From Hyphomicrobiaceae bacterium (GTDB taxonomy: Bacteria; Pseudomonadota; Alphaproteobacteria; Rhizobiales; Hyphomicrobiaceae): DNA of 64,000 nucleotides. Every line of letters begins with the position of its first letter. Position 1 is the stretch's first letter. The position numbers were made by a program, and so were the translations under genes. Shown piece by piece: positions 60,162-64,000 of the stretch. The stretch covers positions 8,834 through 72,833 of the forward strand of contig DATMRT010000130.1 of assembly GCA_035565975.1 (NCBI GenBank), in the 5' to 3' direction. The notes below the pieces were generated by a model. The model did not search any database, was not told where the DNA came from, and saw nothing but the letters and a program-made list of their open reading frames with translations.

Positions 60162-60575
60162 CTAGCGCAGTGGCTCACCTGTCGAAATCGCCGAGATGAT
60201 GACGATCGCCTGCGCCATGGGAAAGTCGTCGGTAATCGTGAGGTCGATGCGTGCTTCATAGCCGGGCGGCGTGATCCGCGCGAGCTGCGCAGCGGCACCA
60301 CCCGTCAGAACAAGAGTGGGGCGGCCCGACGGGAGGTTGACGACGCCCATGTCGCGCCAGAATACGCCTTTGCGCAAACCCGTGCCGAGCGCCTTCGAGC
60401 AGGCTTCCTTTGCAGCAAAGCGCTTGGCGTAGGAAGCCGCGCGCTGCCGGCGGCGATCGGACTTCTGGCGCTCGATCTCGGTGAAAATGCGATTCAAGAA
60501 GCGATCACCGTAGATCTCGATCGAGCGCTCGATACGGCGGATGTCGATGACATCGTTGCCGAGGCCGAGAATCAT
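60162..60575 (-). CDS. acpS: holo-ACP synthase
   Basis: [27 protein letters not shown]. Confidence 0.96.
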   Translation of the reverse strand: MILGLGNDVIDIRRIERSIEIYGDRFLNRIFTEIERQKSDRRRQRAASYAKRFAAKEACSKALGTGLRKGVFWRDMGVVNLPSGRPTLVLTGGAAAQLARITPPGYEARIDLTITDDFPMAQAIVIISAISTGEPLR

Positions 60576-61336
60576 GGTGTGCGCGCCTCGCGCATCAGGC
60601 GGATCATGCGCTCGATCGCCGGCCGCAGTCCGACCATGACCGCCTCGCCTATGAGGAAATGCCCGATGTTGAGCTCGGCGATTTCCGGCAAGCGTGCCAC
60701 TTCGCCGACCGTATTGTACGTAAGGCCGTGCCCGGCATGGACCTCGAGCCCGGCCGCGTGGGCATCTCGCGCCCCTTTTGCCAGGCGTTGAACCTCCTGC
60801 TCGACGCGCTGCCAGTCATTGGCGAGCGCGTGCTCGCAATAGGCGCCGGTGTGCAGCTCGACGATATCCGCACCGAGCTTCGCCGCGGCCTCGATCGGCG
60901 CGCGGTCCGGCTCGATGAAGAGCGAGACGCGGATTCCCGCCGCCTTCAACTCACCGATGCAGCGCTCGAGAAAGCTGCTGGCCCCGACGACGTCGAGGCC
61001 GCCCTCGGTCGTGCGCTCCTCGCGCTTCTCGGGCACGAGGCAGCAGGCGTGCGGCACCGTCTTCAGCGCGATCGCCAGCATCTCCGGCGTAGCCGCCATC
61101 TCGAAATTCAACGGGCGGGTGATCTCGGCCTTGAGGCGCGCGATGTCGTCATCGCGAATGTGGCGGCGATCCTCGCGCAGATGCGCCGTGATGCCGTCGG
61201 CCCCCGCTTCGATGGCAAGATGGGCGGCGCGAACCGGATCGGGATGGCGCCCGCCGCGCGCGTTCCGCAAGGTCGCGACGTGGTCGACATTCACCCCGAG
61301 GCGCGGCGCCGCGGGCAAGGATCTCGTTTGGGACAT
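60572..61336 (-). CDS. pdxJ: pyridoxine 5'-phosphate synthase
   Basis: [40 protein letters not shown]. Confidence 0.97.
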   Translation of the reverse strand: MSQTRSLPAAPRLGVNVDHVATLRNARGGRHPDPVRAAHLAIEAGADGITAHLREDRRHIRDDDIARLKAEITRPLNFEMAATPEMLAIALKTVPHACCLVPEKREERTTEGGLDVVGASSFLERCIGELKAAGIRVSLFIEPDRAPIEAAAKLGADIVELHTGAYCEHALANDWQRVEQEVQRLAKGARDAHAAGLEVHAGHGLTYNTVGEVARLPEIAELNIGHFLIGEAVMVGLRPAIERMIRLMREARTP

Positions 61337-61382
61337 TGACTCGCTCGACTCTTACGGCCGGCGCGGCCGTAAGGGCCCAGCG

Positions 61383-61946
61383 TCAAGCCTGATGCCGGCG
61401 GCGGGTGTGAAAGACCTCGGCCGCCCGGCGGCCTATGAAATAGAGGGCCGAGCCGGAAATCAACCCCAGCACAAGGCTGCCGACGAAGAGTGGTTTAAGG
61501 ATCGGCCACAAGAGCTTACCGGCGGCATCCATCATGCTCAGCGGATCGGGCCGGAACCTGGATGTTTCCGCAAGGCCCGCGAGCGTGTGCTGAAGCTCCT
61601 CGATGGTCATCGCGCCGGTTTCGCCGAGCAGCATGATGCCGAGCAGATACGAACCAACCCACATGACGGGCCACGTGAGCGGGTTGCCCGCCCAGGTGCC
61701 GAGCACCGCCGCGCCGACATTCGCCCGGCCCGCCCACGCGATGGCAACGGCGACCAGCATCTGAACGCCGAGAACCGGCAGGAAGGCGACGAACACGCCG
61801 GTGGCGAGACCGAGGCCAATGGCATGCGGCGTCGTCTCGAGGCGCAGTATCTCGGACCAGGCGCGGTGCAAGCCCCACTCTCCTGTCCTGCGTTCACCGT
61901 TGCGGGTACTGAACGTCCCGTCACCGCAATCGTTCCGCAAACCCAT
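61383..61946 (-). CDS. DUF2062-family membrane protein
   Basis: TPHAIGLGLATGVF..LP..G.Q, GTWAGNPLT. Confidence 0.85.
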   Translation of the reverse strand: MGLRNDCGDGTFSTRNGERRTGEWGLHRAWSEILRLETTPHAIGLGLATGVFVAFLPVLGVQMLVAVAIAWAGRANVGAAVLGTWAGNPLTWPVMWVGSYLLGIMLLGETGAMTIEELQHTLAGLAETSRFRPDPLSMMDAAGKLLWPILKPLFVGSLVLGLISGSALYFIGRRAAEVFHTRRRHQA

Positions 61947-62034
61947 GAGAGTGCACCTGCGTTGGTAAAGTCGTAGCTACATGGGCGCCGTTTACGGCCC
62001 CCTTGTGACGCAACGCATGTACGGAAGACACACC

Positions 62035-64000
62035 TCAGGCAAATACGCGCTCGACCTTGCTCACGACCGATTTGCTCTTGAGCCCGTTGATGATGCGGTT
62101 GAGGTGGACGAGATCAAACACTTCCACCTCGATCATCATCTCCGTGAAGTCGGCGCCCCGGTACAGCATCCGGAGATTATCGATGTTCCCGTCGTCCTCG
62201 CCGATGACTTGCGCGATCTGCGCGAGTGTCCCCGGCTCATTCAGCACTGTTACAGAGATTCGCGCAGGAAAGCGCTCCGGCGCCTCCTGGTTGATGTCCC
62301 AGGTTACATCGATCCAGCGCTCGTGCTCGAACTCGCTCAGGCGCGGGGAGTGGATCTGGAAAATGCGGATTCCCTCCCCGGGCGTCAAGACACCGACGAT
62401 CCGGTCACCCGGCACCGCGCCGCCCGGCTCGAAGGATACCGGCACGTCGTTGCGCACGCCACGAATGACGATGCCCTTACCGGCGCCAGTGCCGCCCGCG
62501 CCACTGCTCGTCGGCCATCGGAACTTGAGCCCCATGACCTTCGACAGGTTGAACCAGCCCTCCTCGCCGCCTTCGCCGTTCTCATAGCGATTGCGAGGAC
62601 GGGTGCGGGAGCCGGCAGGCAACAGGTCTGCCGCCTCGGGCGCGATGGCGCGGATGACGTCGGCAATGGGAAGCTCGCTGCGCCCGACGGCGGCGTGCAC
62701 GTCATCGACGGTCTTGTGCGTGAGACGCGAAAGGGCGCGACGTAGGCGATCGTCGGAATAGTCCTGGCCGATCTTGGCGAAGGCCGAGCCGAGCAGGCGG
62801 CGGCCGAGCTCGGCATACTGCCGGCGCAGTGAATCGCGCGCCGCGCGCCGGATGGCGCTGCGCGCCTTCCCGGTCACCGCAATGCGCTCCCAGGCGGCGG
62901 GCGGCGTTCGGCTGGCGGACGTCAGAATGTGCACTTCATCGCCGTTGCGCAGCGCCGTCGAGAGCGGCATCTGGCGACCATTGATGTTGGCGCCGACGCA
63001 GGAGTTGCCGACGTCGGTGTGCACGGCATAGGCGAAGTCGATCGGCGTCGCGCCCTGCGGCAGCGCGATCAGCCGGCCTTTCGGTGTGAAGCAGAACACC
63101 TGGTCGTGGAAGAGCTCGAGCTTGGTGTGCTCGAGGAACTCCTCCGAGTTGTCGCCCTCGAGCAGCGTCTCGACGAGGCGACGCAGCCAGATGTACGGCC
63201 CCATCTCACGCATCGTCTCGGGCGTCGCGGCGGCCTTGCCGTTCGCCTTCGCGGCGTCCTTGTAAAAGGTGTGGGCGGCGACGCCGTACTCCGCCGTGAC
63301 GTGCATCGGCTCGGTGCGGAGCTGCAGCTCGACGCGCTGGTGGCGCGGGCCGACGATCGTCGTGTGGATCGAGCGATAGCCGTTCTGCTTCGGCGTCGAG
63401 ATGTAGTCCTTGAAGCGCCCGGGCACCGCGCGCCAGTTCGTATGAACGAGGCCGAGCGCGCGGTAGCAGTCCTCGATGCTGGCGCAGATCACACGAAAGC
63501 CGTAGAGGTCGGAAAGCTGCTCGAGCGAGATCTGGCGGTTCTGCATCTTCCGCCAGATCGAGTACGGTTTCTTCTCGCGTCCGGTCACTTCGGCGCTGAA
63601 ATTGGCCTCCGCCAGCTTGGCGACGAGACTCTGGCGGATTTCCTCGACAAGCCCCTGGTTGTTCTCGCCGAGGCGATCGAGCCGCTCGCGCACCGTCCGG
63701 TAAGCTTCCGGATGCAGCCAGCGGAAGGCGAGATCCTCGAGCTCCTCGCGCATGGCCTGCATGCCCATGCGGCCGGCGAGCGGCGCATAGATCTCCAGCG
63801 TCTCCTCGCTGTTGCGCCGACGGCTCTCGGGCGACATGTGCTCGAGCGTGCGCATGTTGTGGAGACGGTCGGCGAGCTTGACGAGCAGGACGCGGATGTC
63901 GGTCGAGATGGCGACCAGCAGTTTCCTGAAATTCTCGGCCTGCTCGGCCTTCTTCGAGACGAGGTCGAGACGCTTGATCTTGGTGAGGCCGTCGACCAGC
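62035..64000 (-). CDS. spoT: bifunctional (p)ppGpp synthetase/hydrolase (RSH), 5'-truncated by the window
   Basis: VKLADRLHNMRTL, FKDYISTPKQNGYRSIHT, TGS and ACT domains; reading frame continues past 64000. Confidence 0.97.
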   Translation of the reverse strand, partial: LVDGLTKIKRLDLVSKKAEQAENFRKLLVAISTDIRVLLVKLADRLHNMRTLEHMSPESRRRNSEETLEIYAPLAGRMGMQAMREELEDLAFRWLHPEAYRTVRERLDRLGENNQGLVEEIRQSLVAKLAEANFSAEVTGREKKPYSIWRKMQNRQISLEQLSDLYGFRVICASIEDCYRALGLVHTNWRAVPGRFKDYISTPKQNGYRSIHTTIVGPRHQRVELQLRTEPMHVTAEYGVAAHTFYKDAAKANGKAAATPETMREMGPYIWLRRLVETLLEGDNSEEFLEHTKLELFHDQVFCFTPKGRLIALPQGATPIDFAYAVHTDVGNSCVGANINGRQMPLSTALRNGDEVHILTSASRTPPAAWERIAVTGKARSAIRRAARDSLRRQYAELGRRLLGSAFAKIGQDYSDDRLRRALSRLTHKTVDDVHAAVGRSELPIADVIRAIAPEAADLLPAGSRTRPRNRYENGEGGEEGWFNLSKVMGLKFRWPTSSGAGGTGAGKGIVIRGVRNDVPVSFEPGGAVPGDRIVGVLTPGEGIRIFQIHSPRLSEFEHERWIDVTWDINQEAPERFPARISVTVLNEPGTLAQIAQVIGEDDGNIDNLRMLYRGADFTEMMIEVEVFDLVHLNRIINGLKSKSVVSKVERVFA

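Overview
64 kb of GC-rich core chromosome from an alphaproteobacterium. Gene order (pyrB-pyrC-plsY-dprA-topA-rnr; prfA-prmC-DUF4167; spoT-pdxJ-acpS; DUF4164-zapA), cpdR, ccr and CtrA/LexA-type boxes point to Hyphomicrobiales, probably Hyphomicrobiaceae (inference). I found about 60 CDS and one clear FMN riboswitch, and no tRNA/rRNA, CRISPR, prophage, integrase or transposase. Main leads: (1) a translationally coupled four-gene operon (38854-36338, minus) in which a cytoplasmic sulfite-oxidase-family molybdoenzyme sits where SdhA would be, ahead of SdhB/SdhD/SdhC-like subunits, suggesting an undescribed Mo-enzyme:quinone oxidoreductase; (2) a two-hairpin REP-like repeat family (7 units at 5 loci, always sense-oriented just after stop codons, with covarying stems and BIME-like composites); (3) a multi-stem leader with an SD-sequestering hairpin upstream of rlpA; (4) an ABCD/YddA-type transporter with a degenerate (E->D, H->Q) ATPase site; (5) several small or orphan proteins, including a 27-aa membrane peptide missed by the ORF track. 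All calls come from reading the sequence; no database searches or folding programs were run.
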